Positions 19,410-29,359 of a DNA stretch of 64,000 bases are shown one piece after another; the stretch's first letter is position 1; every line of letters begins with the position of its first letter. The DNA lies in IMG/VR virus record IMGVR_UViG_3300029305_010146; one strand, written 5' to 3'. The notes beneath the pieces are model-generated. The model had not been told where the DNA came from, ran no database searches, and worked only from the letters and a program-made list of their open reading frames with translations. This DNA is from an uncultured virus (IMG/VR IMGVR_UViG_3300029305_010146) (lineage: Duplodnaviria; Heunggongvirae; Uroviricota; Caudoviricetes). The position numbers were made by a program, and so were the translations under genes.

Positions 19410-19487
19410 GGTAGACGTAGTTCAGTTGGTTAGAACGCCAGATTGTGGCTCTGGAGGTCGTGGGTTCGAATCCCATCGTCTACCCCA
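19410..19487 (+). tRNA. tRNA-His(GTG)
   Basis: G-1:C73, CCAGA-TTGTGGC-TCTGG, CCA. Confidence 0.94.
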
Positions 19488-19490
19488 TAT

Positions 19491-19566
19491 GGCACTTTCG
19501 TCTAAAGGTCAGGACACGGGACTTTCACTCCCGAAATGTTGGGTTCGAGACCCACAAGTGTCACCA
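19491..19566 (+). tRNA. tRNA-Glu(TTC)
   Basis: CGGGA-CTTTCAC-TCCCG, CCA; slightly irregular T stem. Confidence 0.88.
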
Positions 19567-19571
19567 TATAT

Positions 19572-19647
19572 GGTGTAGATGATGTAAAGGTTAGCATAAG
19601 GTGTTGTGACCACCTTTGCATGAGTTCAAGTCTCATTCTTCACCCCA
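19572..19647 (+). tRNA. tRNA-His(GTG)
   Basis: G-1:C73, AGGTG-TTGTGAC-CACCT, CCA; one acceptor mismatch. Confidence 0.85.
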
Positions 19648-19653
19648 TCATAT

Positions 19654-19738
19654 AGGCAGATATGCAAGCGGTCAAAGCGGGCGCACTGTAAATGCGTTAC
19701 TTTTTGTTTCGTGAGTTCGAATCTCACTCTGCCTACCA
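19654..19738 (+). tRNA. tRNA-Tyr(GTA)
   Basis: GCGCA-CTGTAAA-TGCGT, CCA. Confidence 0.9.
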
Positions 19739-19743
19739 AATAT

Positions 19744-19818
19744 GGCGCTATGGTCAAGTGGTTAAGACACCGCCCTTTCACGGCGGTATCACGGGTTCGA
19801 ATCCCGTTAGCGTCACCA
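19744..19818 (+). tRNA. tRNA-Glu(TTC)
   Basis: CCGCC-CTTTCAC-GGCGG, CCA. Confidence 0.94.
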
Positions 19819-19959
19819 TAACAAGTTCGCTTGTGATTTAAAAAGTGTATCCCATAACTTTTCAACTGGAGAAACGAAGCAAATGGGAATATGTCTTTGT
19901 TTCTGGTTTTAGTCGGCAGCGATTGGTTCCTTAACCAAAAACTGATTACTGCCATGCAT

Positions 19960-20036
19960 GGTGCTTTCGTCTAACTGGTCAAGGATGTAAGACTCTCAAT
20001 CTTACGATACGGGTTCAAGTCCCGTAAGCATCACCA
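19960..20036 (+). tRNA. tRNA-Glu(CTC)
   Basis: TAAGA-CTCTCAA-TCTTA, CCA. Confidence 0.9.
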
Positions 20037-20037
20037 A

Positions 20038-20150
20038 GTTGTCGTAGCGGCAATTATGATTTCATCGTATAACGGTTAATACAACAAACTTGAAATTTGT
20101 CCATATAGGTTCGAATCCTATTTATAATCATAATATTTATTCACGACAAC
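20038..20150 (+). ncRNA. tRNA-like RNA (TGA loop) with extended closing stem, no CCA
   Basis: D arm GTAT/ATAC, ACAAA-CTTGAAA-TTTGT, ATAGG-TTCGAAT-CCTAT, closed by ATTATGATT/AATCATAAT and GTTGTCGT/ACGACAAC. Confidence 0.6.
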
Positions 20151-20158
20151 TTTTATAT

Positions 20159-20235
20159 GTGCCAATAGCTCAATGGACGAGAGTGGACGGCTACGAACCG
20201 TCAGGTTGCAGGTTCGAGTCCTGCTTGGCATGCCA
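20159..20235 (+). tRNA. tRNA-Arg(ACG)
   Basis: GACGG-CTACGAA-CCGTC, CCA. Confidence 0.93.
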
Positions 20236-20333
20236 AAACAATGGAGACCAAAAATTAGTCTCCATTTTTTCATTGACAATAAAAGAAAAATCATCTATGC
20301 TATGTTTAACATAAATGAAAGGAATGATTTCTT

Positions 20334-21545
20334 ATGAAATTTAATTGCAAATCTCGCAAAGGTTTCACACTTATCGAACTTCTCGTGGTTATAGGCATCC
20401 TTGCTGTGTTGGCAGCAATTGCTATTCCAAGTGTTGCTGGACTTATTGATAGAGCGAATGTTTCTGCTGACAATACTAATGCCAATGAATATACAAACGC
20501 AATTGAAAGATTTACATCGGAGTATGAACTCTATTGCCAAGATGTAGCATCTGGCAAAATAAAGGATGCGGATAATGATGGTAAACCCGACAATATGGAT
20601 GCAGCACAAGGTCGAGTTTTTAATGTTACTAAAGTAGTTACTCGTGCAGATATTACCGCACTCGAAAGTACTGGACTTGGTGATGCAATGATTAGTAGAG
20701 ATACAAAATATCCTCTTAATGGCATTACTCTCAAATCCATTATTGAGAACTATACAAAAACTAGTTCTGTCACATTCGAACCCAAACAAAGCGATAAAGT
20801 TTATTGGTATTCTCCAGATTGTGGTTTAGTAGTCGTTGCTAATCCTAATTCATCTAAAGATGCTCTTAATAATCTTGTAATTTCGGGTAAAGATGCAAAA
20901 GGCAATACATTAGGTTCTGGAACCAATTGGGTTGATGTTACGAACTACAGTCTTATCAAGATTATATGTGGTAATGGTGCTGACGGTTTGCATTACCACA
21001 ATGACGAATTGTTCACAGGTATTTGCGATAGTGATGGCGAATGGTATGACAATGGCGTACAAGGACCAATTTGCTTCTTATCGGGCACAAAAATCACCAT
21101 GGCAAATGGAACACAAAAAAATATTGAAGATATTATTGTAGGCGATAAGGTAGTATCTTATAATGTAGAAACTAAAATTTTCTATATTACAACTGTCTGT
21201 AACACCTTTGTTAGAGAAACAGAAGTTTATTACACAATAAGATTCGATGATGGAACAGAACTCAATTTAACTGGATGCCATCCGCTATTAACACCAAAAG
21301 GATTCGAAAACATTACTGGTGTCCATGAAAGATTAAATATGGTTGATGCACTTGATGTTGGTGATGAAGTTATTTCTGTCAATGATACCAAAAAAATAGT
21401 TTCTATTGAAAAAATAATAGAAAAAACAACTGTATATAATTTCAATGTTATAGACGACGAAGAAATTATCATTGGTAAAGATAATGATTCTAATGACACA
21501 TATATTGCAAACGGAATTGTATCACACAATGCAGATTATTCTTGA
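20334..21545 (+). CDS. Type IV pilin-like protein with C-terminal Hint (BIL-type) domain
   Basis: KG|FTLIELLVV prepilin motif; Hint CFLSGTKITMANG...TGCHPLLT...VYNFNV...IVSHN at 21072-21530. Confidence 0.88.
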   Translation: MKFNCKSRKGFTLIELLVVIGILAVLAAIAIPSVAGLIDRANVSADNTNANEYTNAIERFTSEYELYCQDVASGKIKDADNDGKPDNMDAAQGRVFNVTKVVTRADITALESTGLGDAMISRDTKYPLNGITLKSIIENYTKTSSVTFEPKQSDKVYWYSPDCGLVVVANPNSSKDALNNLVISGKDAKGNTLGSGTNWVDVTNYSLIKIICGNGADGLHYHNDELFTGICDSDGEWYDNGVQGPICFLSGTKITMANGTQKNIEDIIVGDKVVSYNVETKIFYITTVCNTFVRETEVYYTIRFDDGTELNLTGCHPLLTPKGFENITGVHERLNMVDALDVGDEVISVNDTKKIVSIEKIIEKTTVYNFNVIDDEEIIIGKDNDSNDTYIANGIVSHNADYS

Positions 21546-21794
21546 TAAATACTATGTTTCTGACTTTTCGTTATTATAAACAAAACTATATCACATAATT
21601 ATAATACAATAGGTACTTATATACCAAAAACAACTCTTTATTTCTATAAAGAGTTGTTTTTTATTCTCGCTATATTTTTTGATTTATACTTTTCGTTTAT
21701 AATATTATTCAAAACCCCATTGACAAAATCCAACCTTGCAAAACCCCGCAAAATACCATATAATATATCTATCATACAAAAGAGGTGAAACATA

Positions 21795-22277
21795 ATGCTT
21801 TTTGGTAAAAAATCTAAAAATAAACTAATCAAAAAAGTAAAATATAACAAAGAATACGATTGGTACGAAGGCAAAGCACATCTTGATTTATTCGATACAG
21901 ACATTGATGTTATTATCCATAATGGTGTCGATGAGCAATATGCCGAAAATTGTATAGAGCATATAAATAATCTTTCTCCATCTCTTAAAAACTATCTTGC
22001 CGAAAGACTATATAAATATTATGACTTTATAAGAAGAGAGTGCGACGATGTGGAAGATATATCATTCGATGATATTCTAAAACATGTATATCCCCTTAAT
22101 GTATCCATAGAAAAACCAGAAGAATCACTTATCGCATATTCTATCGAATGCGGTTGTGACTGGGAAGAAGAACACGGAGCAGAAATAATCATCAAAGACA
22201 ATGAAATATTGTTTGTCGGAGAATTTGTGGGACTTGGTCCTTGGGCAGATAAAGAATGCTATGAAACTGTTTTCTAA
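21795..22277 (+). CDS. Hypothetical acidic protein (CDWEEEHG motif)
   Basis: GAGGTG RBS; 160 aa. Confidence 0.65.
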   Translation: MLFGKKSKNKLIKKVKYNKEYDWYEGKAHLDLFDTDIDVIIHNGVDEQYAENCIEHINNLSPSLKNYLAERLYKYYDFIRRECDDVEDISFDDILKHVYPLNVSIEKPEESLIAYSIECGCDWEEEHGAEIIIKDNEILFVGEFVGLGPWADKECYETVF

Positions 22278-22401
22278 TCAGCAAAGTCTCAATCAACCAA
22301 TAATCGGTAAAAATTAACTTCCCAAAATAACCATATCAACCATCGGTATGTTTACATTTTTTATTTTGTCTATTATATTGTAGGTAAAGGAGGCATCTTA
22401 T

Positions 22402-23013
22402 ATGAACCAAATAAAAATCGGAAAATTTATAGCAATCTGCAGAAAAGAACAAAAACTTACTCAAATGCAGTTAGCGGAAAAATTAGGAATTACTGACAGA
22501 GCAGTTTCTAAATGGGAAACAGGTAAATCATTGCCAGATGCCTCTATTATGCTTGAACTGTGTAGCATCCTAAAAATCACAGTTAACGATTTATTAAGTG
22601 GGGAGATGGTTAATATGAAAGATAGCAATAAAGAAATGGAAAATAAACTTATTGAATTTGTAAAGCAAAAGCAAGAAGCAGATAAAAGGTTGTTATCCAT
22701 GGAGATTTTTATCGGTGTAATGGTGTCTGTAATTCTCTTTACATTGGTTTTTCTCGCTTCCTTTGTGCAGATGGCAAACTGGTTGAGGATATTCCTGATT
22801 GCAGTGGGTTTTGTTCTGTTTGTCGTTGGATGTGCCTATGCATTGAAGATAGAACAAGTAGCGGGTTACTATGAATGTGCCAAGTGCGGACATAGATATA
22901 TTCCCACATACAACAGTGTTTTGTGGTCTGCACATACGGGCAGAACGAGATATATGAAATGTCCAAAATGCGAGAAGAAATCTTGGCAAAAGAAGGTTAT
23001 CTCAAATGAATAA
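22402..23013 (+). CDS. XRE-family HTH regulator with two TM helices and a C-terminal zinc ribbon
   Basis: LTQMQLAEKLGITDRAVSKWETG; CAKC...CPKC. Confidence 0.88.
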   Translation: MNQIKIGKFIAICRKEQKLTQMQLAEKLGITDRAVSKWETGKSLPDASIMLELCSILKITVNDLLSGEMVNMKDSNKEMENKLIEFVKQKQEADKRLLSMEIFIGVMVSVILFTLVFLASFVQMANWLRIFLIAVGFVLFVVGCAYALKIEQVAGYYECAKCGHRYIPTYNSVLWSAHTGRTRYMKCPKCEKKSWQKKVISNE

Positions 23014-23158
23014 CAAAAATAGGAGTTCTTTTTGAACTCCTATTTTTTATAATGCACTTTGTGTTCAAAAAGAAACAAACAAAACAATACAAATTTCATT
23101 GACAATAAAAGAAATATCGCCTATGCTATGTTTAACATAAATGAAAGGATGATTTTTT

Positions 23159-24145
23159 ATGAAATTTAATTACAAATCTCGCAAAGGTTTCACTCTTATT
23201 GAACTTCTTGTAGTCATTGGTATTTTAGCAGTTCTCGCTGCTATTGCTATTCCATCAGTTGCTGGTCTCATTGACAGAGCAAACGTTTCTGCTGACAATA
23301 CCAATGCGAGCGAGATGACGAATGCTATGGAGAGATTTGTATCTGAATATGAATTATTCAGACAAGATATTGCATCGGGCACATTTGATAAAGACAATAT
23401 GGATGCCACACAAAGCAGAGTGTACAATGTTACAAAAGCAGAAACTCGTACCGACATTGAGAAACTCGAAAGTAAAGAAGGTCTAAATGGTATTCGCATC
23501 GATATCGATAACAAATATGCACAAAACCACGAAACTGCAAAAGCAGTAATGCGGAATTATATGAAGACCAGTTCTTCCACTTTCGAACCAAAACAGAGCG
23601 ATATGACTTATTGGTATAATACAGTCACTGGTTATACTGTTGTTGCAGAAAAAGATACAGATACTTCAACCCTATATACTAAACTACCAACACAAGTAGA
23701 ATATGTGAACAACACTCCTGCATCAATTAATGAATGGATTGACTTATCTTCTACTGTTGTCATCCCAGATATTGCTTTAATTCATGTGCATAAATGGCCA
23801 ACTCTGGATGCAGAAGGCAAACATCAAATATGCATGCATTATTCTGGTGAAATTCCAGACGATTCGATTGGTGAATTATTCTTAATTTGGGATTTAGGCG
23901 AATATGAACAAGGTGAACTACCAACACTAAACTATACGAATTCTTATAGAGAACCATGGAAGATGACTGGCAGCAATCCGCCGTGCAATGGAGAATATAA
24001 TGTGAGGTTGCATGGATACAAACCAGAACAATTAGATAAAGTAGAATACTTTAGATGGTGTTACAAATACAACGAAAATGGTCAAACAAAGTTTGTGTAC
24101 TCACCAATTTATGCTTTTGCATTCAATGATTTACCAAACGAATAA
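23159..24145 (+). CDS. Type IV pilin-like protein
   Basis: Same KG|FTLIELLVVIGILAVLAAIAIPSV N-terminus; unrelated C-terminal domain. Confidence 0.88.
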   Translation: MKFNYKSRKGFTLIELLVVIGILAVLAAIAIPSVAGLIDRANVSADNTNASEMTNAMERFVSEYELFRQDIASGTFDKDNMDATQSRVYNVTKAETRTDIEKLESKEGLNGIRIDIDNKYAQNHETAKAVMRNYMKTSSSTFEPKQSDMTYWYNTVTGYTVVAEKDTDTSTLYTKLPTQVEYVNNTPASINEWIDLSSTVVIPDIALIHVHKWPTLDAEGKHQICMHYSGEIPDDSIGELFLIWDLGEYEQGELPTLNYTNSYREPWKMTGSNPPCNGEYNVRLHGYKPEQLDKVEYFRWCYKYNENGQTKFVYSPIYAFAFNDLPNE

Positions 24146-24252
24146 TTATGATGCACAAAAAGTCGTTTTTAGTTAAACGACTTTTTATTTTTCCCGCCCA
24201 CCCTCCTTTCTCAATCCTTAAAACAGCAAAATACACTTTCCAATAATCACCA

Positions 24253-24267
24253 CCCACCCACCCACCC
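24253..24267 (-). other. G-quadruplex motif GGGTGGGTGGGTGGG
   Basis: Plus strand reads CCCACCCACCCACCC. Confidence 0.7.
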
Positions 24268-24438
24268 ACCAATTCCTTTTTGTTCACGATTCCATAAAAT
24301 AGCAAAAGTATATATAATATAATAAAACCATAATAACGCCGAAACAATCTATACAACAATATACTATCATTAAAACAACTATAATCAAATATATAAACAA
24401 AAAACACCTACTGCCGAAACGACAATAGGTGTCATCTA

Positions 24439-25029
24439 TTATATAACCGTTATTTTACAATAAGAGTTAACACAATTCTTTAAGAAAACAAATATATCCG
24501 TATCATAACTATTAAGAAAATCAAATGCACTACAAGTATTATCTATTTTACTTCCATTATGATAGAACTCCTGTTTTACCTCTCCCCTAATAGTAATCAA
24601 TTTAAGTTTCTGATTATATTCTATTTCATTTATTTCTTCAATAGGTATCATCAATATATCTTTTATATAACCGTGATGGTCGTCTTCGTAAGTGTATAAC
24701 AAATGGTCTTGCACGATACTTAATGTATGATTTTTATGAAACTTATAAGGGTCTCCTATAGAACACACTACTACCATTCTTGGTAGGAATGATAATAAAA
24801 ATGGGAATAAAACAGTTATGATTAGTAATATCCAATCGTATGGACTATCGCTTATATTAAGATTATAATAAACAGATACTATTGCAGATAGTATAGTTCC
24901 GCATATCATAAACCAATATAGGAAGTTACAGAACTTAACAAATTTTCCTTTGGTTTTTAGTTCTGCTTTCATTCTGTTTTTCAATAGTTGTTTATAGGTA
25001 TTTTCTTGGAATAAGAACACTTGGTTCAT
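24439..25029 (-). CDS. Hypothetical membrane protein
   Basis: AGGAG RBS, two TM helices. Confidence 0.7.
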   Translation of the reverse strand: MNQVFLFQENTYKQLLKNRMKAELKTKGKFVKFCNFLYWFMICGTILSAIVSVYYNLNISDSPYDWILLIITVLFPFLLSFLPRMVVVCSIGDPYKFHKNHTLSIVQDHLLYTYEDDHHGYIKDILMIPIEEINEIEYNQKLKLITIRGEVKQEFYHNGSKIDNTCSAFDFLNSYDTDIFVFLKNCVNSYCKITVI

Positions 25030-25353
25030 TGTATCAACTCCTTTTATAGTATTATGATATATAATGGTATAAAAAGCAAATAAAGGGTCGTAGACAGGAG
25101 ATATTGTGGGGAGAGGGTTAGGGGGAAGTTGACTTTTTAGTGGGTTAGGAGAGGAGGGAGGGCGGGTGGAATTAACTTTTAAGAAGTTAATTTAGATAAG
25201 AACAAAAGAAAGTTAACTTTTTTGTGGGATTGGGTGTGGAGAAAGGACAGACAATAGTTTTGCAAATCTTTTCAAAAGATTTGCAAATATCTTTGACAAG
25301 AAAAGAAAAAACATTTATAATGATTTTATCTCAAAAGAAAGGAATGATTTCTT

Positions 25354-26838
25354 ATGAAATTTAATGCAAAATCTCGTAAAGGTTTCACCTTGATTGAACT
25401 CCTCGTGGTTATTGGCATTCTTGCCGTTCTCGCTGCAATCGCTATCCCTTCCGTTGCTGGTTTAATCGACAGAGCAAACCAGTCTTCCGATAACACAAAT
25501 GCAAAAGAGATGACAAATGCCATCGAGCGCTTCACTTCTGAATACGAACTATACTGTCAAGATGTAGCATCTGGCACATTAAATGTAACAGACCTCGATT
25601 CTGCACAAGGAAGGGTATTCAACGTAACGGAGATTGAAACTCGAAAAGGTGTAGAGATGACCGAAAACCTCGGTTATACACACGACATAGTAGCAGTTGA
25701 CAGAGATACAAAATATCCAGTTAACGAAGTTACTGCAAAAAAGGTTATCGAAAACTTTATGAAGACCAGTTCTTCCACCTTTGAACCAAAGCAGAGTGAC
25801 TGCAGTTATTACTATTCTCCACAGGTTGGTAAAGTAGTTGTTGCTAAAACTGGTAGTACCATTGCAGAATTAAATAAAATTGCTATGGAAGATGAAGCAG
25901 AGTATGCAACAATTAACAATGGCGAAATCATTGAATGGATTAACCTTTCCGTTAATGCAGGAAAAGAAGTAAATGACTGGACCTATGTTAATGCAGCAAC
26001 CCCAACGAACAATCAATATAAAGAATTAGGTACAAAAGCACCTACTTTTAATATTGAGTGGAGTGCAAAGAATGAAGCAACTGGTCAACCAGTTACGGTT
26101 GGTGTTTCTATTTCTAATTCAAATTATTCTGGTAATGGCACAACTCCTTGTACGATGACGAATGTCCCAATGGGCAAATATGCATTGGTAGCAACTTATG
26201 CTGGTAATGAGTACAAATTCAACTTGCTTGTTTACCAAGAAGGAATTCAAACATTCAAGTTAACAATTCCAGGAACTAATATTTCTGTTGGTTCTGATAA
26301 CGATACATATGTACCAAGTGGCGGTTCTACACCAAGCACCCCAAGTACTCCCGAACCACCAATTCAAAGTTGTCAACATACAAATACCAAAGTAATCAAT
26401 GCAAAAGAGGCAACCACTGATGAAAAAGGTTATACTGGCGATACTTGGTGCAACGACTGTAACACTAAAATTGCAAGTGGTACAGAAATTAATTTCTTAC
26501 ATACAGTAACGATTGATTTTACAAATGGTTATTCTGTTAATCAAGTTTCGCGTAGTGATTTGGTTTATTTTTCAATGGATGGCGGTAATACATGGGTTGA
26601 CCTTGCAACACTTCTACCACAAGAAATATCCCCTTATCAAAGAACAACTATAACAATCGAGTGTTCTCAAATTAAAGCAGATATACGATATATGAATGGC
26701 CCAGGATATCAATTTTTGTCTAATGATTTAGGTGTTAACTTTGTGTGTTTGGCAATGAATACCGTAACAGATAATTTGATATTAACAGAAGATATTGTAA
26801 TTACAATTTCATTTGACCACTCTGGTGGTGCCAATTAA
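25354..26838 (+). CDS. Type IV pilin-like protein
   Basis: Prepilin motif; Pro-rich linker and CQH...GYTGDTWCNDC module shared with 61381; ends HSGGAN. Confidence 0.88.
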   Translation: MKFNAKSRKGFTLIELLVVIGILAVLAAIAIPSVAGLIDRANQSSDNTNAKEMTNAIERFTSEYELYCQDVASGTLNVTDLDSAQGRVFNVTEIETRKGVEMTENLGYTHDIVAVDRDTKYPVNEVTAKKVIENFMKTSSSTFEPKQSDCSYYYSPQVGKVVVAKTGSTIAELNKIAMEDEAEYATINNGEIIEWINLSVNAGKEVNDWTYVNAATPTNNQYKELGTKAPTFNIEWSAKNEATGQPVTVGVSISNSNYSGNGTTPCTMTNVPMGKYALVATYAGNEYKFNLLVYQEGIQTFKLTIPGTNISVGSDNDTYVPSGGSTPSTPSTPEPPIQSCQHTNTKVINAKEATTDEKGYTGDTWCNDCNTKIASGTEINFLHTVTIDFTNGYSVNQVSRSDLVYFSMDGGNTWVDLATLLPQEISPYQRTTITIECSQIKADIRYMNGPGYQFLSNDLGVNFVCLAMNTVTDNLILTEDIVITISFDHSGGAN

Positions 26839-26948
26839 ATATCTTTATAAATAAATGCACCCATTGGGTGCATTTATTTTTTAGAATAATTTGACTTTGT
26901 AAAAAAAATAAATTATACTTTTTAAATAACGCAAATTGAGGTGATACG

Positions 26949-27896
26949 GTGAAAGCAGAAAGAAATAAAACTATTGACTTTTCCCTTGAAGAAGGTAAAA
27001 AATACATAGATAAATGTGTTACACTAACAACCCCTAAAGCCCTTTCTGATGTTTTAGATAAAACAATTTTAGGAGATACACTCGAAAGCATAAAATATAT
27101 TCCGCATAATTCAATCGATTTAATCATTGCAGACCCGCCTTATAATTTGGATAAAGATTTTGGTGGAAATAAATTTAAGAAAATGAGTTATGAAGAATAT
27201 GAAGAATATACAGAAAAATGGTTATTGGCAATTTTGCCGTTAATGAAAGAAAATGCATCTATTTATATTTGCTGTGATTGGCAATCAAGTGGACCAATTG
27301 AAAAAGTTTTAAGAAAATATCTCATTGTTAGAAATCGAATTACTTGGCAAAGAGAAAAGGGTCGTGGTGCTCAAACTAATTGGAAAAATGGTATGGAAGA
27401 TATTTGGTTTGCAACAAAATCCAACTACTACACATTTAACGTTGAAGATGTAAAAATCCGAAGAAAAGTTATTGCACCATATAAAACAGATGGAAAACCA
27501 AAAGATTGGGAAGAAACCGAAAATGGAAAGTTTAGAGATACATACCCATCTAACTTTTGGGACGATATTTCTATCCCATATTGGTCTATGCCAGAAAACA
27601 CTGCTCACCCAACTCAAAAACCAGAGAAACTATTAGCAAAACTCATCCTTGCCAGTTCTAACGAAGGCGATGTTGTATTTGACCCATTTTTAGGTTCAGG
27701 TTCAACATCTGTAACTGCTAAAAAATTAGGAAGAAGATATATCGGCATCGAGCAAAATCCACAATATTGTGCTTGGTGTGAAAAAAGATTAGAAATGGCA
27801 GAGGACAATAAAACTGTCCAAGGTTATGCTGACGGTATTTTCTGGGAAAGAAATACAAGTAATCTACAAAAATCATCTCGTAAGGAGGATAAATAA
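26949..27896 (+). CDS. DNA N6-adenine/N4-cytosine methyltransferase (beta class)
   Basis: DPPY precedes HPTQKP and DPFLGSGST. Confidence 0.92.
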   Translation: MKAERNKTIDFSLEEGKKYIDKCVTLTTPKALSDVLDKTILGDTLESIKYIPHNSIDLIIADPPYNLDKDFGGNKFKKMSYEEYEEYTEKWLLAILPLMKENASIYICCDWQSSGPIEKVLRKYLIVRNRITWQREKGRGAQTNWKNGMEDIWFATKSNYYTFNVEDVKIRRKVIAPYKTDGKPKDWEETENGKFRDTYPSNFWDDISIPYWSMPENTAHPTQKPEKLLAKLILASSNEGDVVFDPFLGSGSTSVTAKKLGRRYIGIEQNPQYCAWCEKRLEMAEDNKTVQGYADGIFWERNTSNLQKSSRKEDK

Positions 27897-28949
27897 ATGC
27901 TAAAAGCAATGTCTCTTTTCGCTGGCGGTGGTATTGGAGAAACATATTTGCACGACATTGATGTAGCAACCGTTATTGCCAATGAATTATTGCCAGAACG
28001 AGCCAAAATATATTCTTATCGCTTCCCATCAACTGATATGGTTGTTGGCGATATTAAAATCAAAAAGCCAGAACTCATTAAAAAAGCAAAAGAGAATGGA
28101 GTAAAACTTTTGATTGCTACTCCACCTTGTCAAGGAATGAGTCAGTTGGGACAAAGACGATACAACGAAGACGAAAGAAATTACTTAATTTTCGATGTCA
28201 TGGACATTATCGATGCAATCAATGTTGATTATGTATTTATCGAAAATGTTCCTCAATTCTTCTCCATGTATTATCCATACAAGGGCGAAGTTCATACTCT
28301 TGAAGAAATTTTAGACGATAAATATTCCGAAAAATACAACATCGTTGCTGGTGTATACAATGCAGCAGACTACGGTGTTCCCCAAAGGAGAAAGAGAGCA
28401 ATTATTCGCTTATTTAAGAAGCATCTCAACTGGGAAGACCCAGAAAAAACTTCAAAACATATTACTTTAAGAGAAGCAATCGGACATCTACCAAGCATCG
28501 AAGCAGGAGAAGATAGTGGTATTAGATACCATGTTGGCCCACCTTGCTCCGATAGACATATCGCTTTTCTCAAACATACACCATCTGGTAAAAGTGCTCA
28601 CGACAACCCAGTGCATTATCCAAAGAAACCAAATGGTGAAAAAATTAAAGGTTATCACAATACATATAAAAGATTAGATTGGGATTTAATTTGCCCAACA
28701 AGGACAATGTACTCCCATTCAGTAAGTGGTTCAAACAATTGCCACCCAGGTAGATTATTGCCAGATGGGACATACAGTGATGCAAGAACCCTTTCCTTAT
28801 TGGAATTACTTATTGTTTCGTCTCTTCCACAAGATATTGATTTACCAGAATGGGCAACAGAAAAAAGCATTAGAGAGATTATAGGTGAAGGAGTTCCCCC
28901 GTTGATGTCAAAAGCATTTTTGTCAAAAATTTCAGAAAATAAGAAATAA
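27897..28949 (+). CDS. DNA cytosine-5 methyltransferase
   Basis: SLFAGGG, PPCQ, ENV, PQRRKR, IGEGVPP. Confidence 0.92.
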   Translation: MLKAMSLFAGGGIGETYLHDIDVATVIANELLPERAKIYSYRFPSTDMVVGDIKIKKPELIKKAKENGVKLLIATPPCQGMSQLGQRRYNEDERNYLIFDVMDIIDAINVDYVFIENVPQFFSMYYPYKGEVHTLEEILDDKYSEKYNIVAGVYNAADYGVPQRRKRAIIRLFKKHLNWEDPEKTSKHITLREAIGHLPSIEAGEDSGIRYHVGPPCSDRHIAFLKHTPSGKSAHDNPVHYPKKPNGEKIKGYHNTYKRLDWDLICPTRTMYSHSVSGSNNCHPGRLLPDGTYSDARTLSLLELLIVSSLPQDIDLPEWATEKSIREIIGEGVPPLMSKAFLSKISENKK

Positions 28950-28989
28950 ACAAAATGCCCTTGTTTTTAAACAAGGGCATTTGCTTTTG

Positions 28990-29244
28990 TTAACCTTCTA
29001 CAGTTTTTTCTGTCTTCGGTTTTCTATTATAGGGCCTCTTCGGTTTCTGAACACTTGCAAACAATTGTTCAATGGTTACATTATTTTCCTTCATTGTCTT
29101 ATAGATATTTGCAATTTCGTTCATTTCTCTTTCTTTTTGAGTTTCTTCTCGCTCATCATAAAGAGAGCGAAGTTTTTGCTCGGTTGCTAAAATTTCTTTC
29201 TCAATGCTTTCCAGTTTTTCATTATAGTTTTTAGGTCTTGCCAT
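28990..29244 (-). CDS. Small coiled-coil protein with basic tail
   Basis: AAGGAG RBS; KPKRPYNRKPK tail. Confidence 0.65.
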   Translation of the reverse strand: MARPKNYNEKLESIEKEILATEQKLRSLYDEREETQKEREMNEIANIYKTMKENNVTIEQLFASVQKPKRPYNRKPKTEKTVEG

Positions 29245-29359
29245 AATCAATATCTCCTTTTTTAATTGGTGTACTTCTATTTTTAACGGAAATTGTATTT
29301 TTTATTCAATATAATTTGATTTTTTTAAAAAAATATTTTATAATATAGGAAATCATTTA

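Noticed and set aside
16897..20314. Short ORFs across tRNA clusters 1 and 2
   Set aside because: They overlap clear tRNA genes and lack RBSs.
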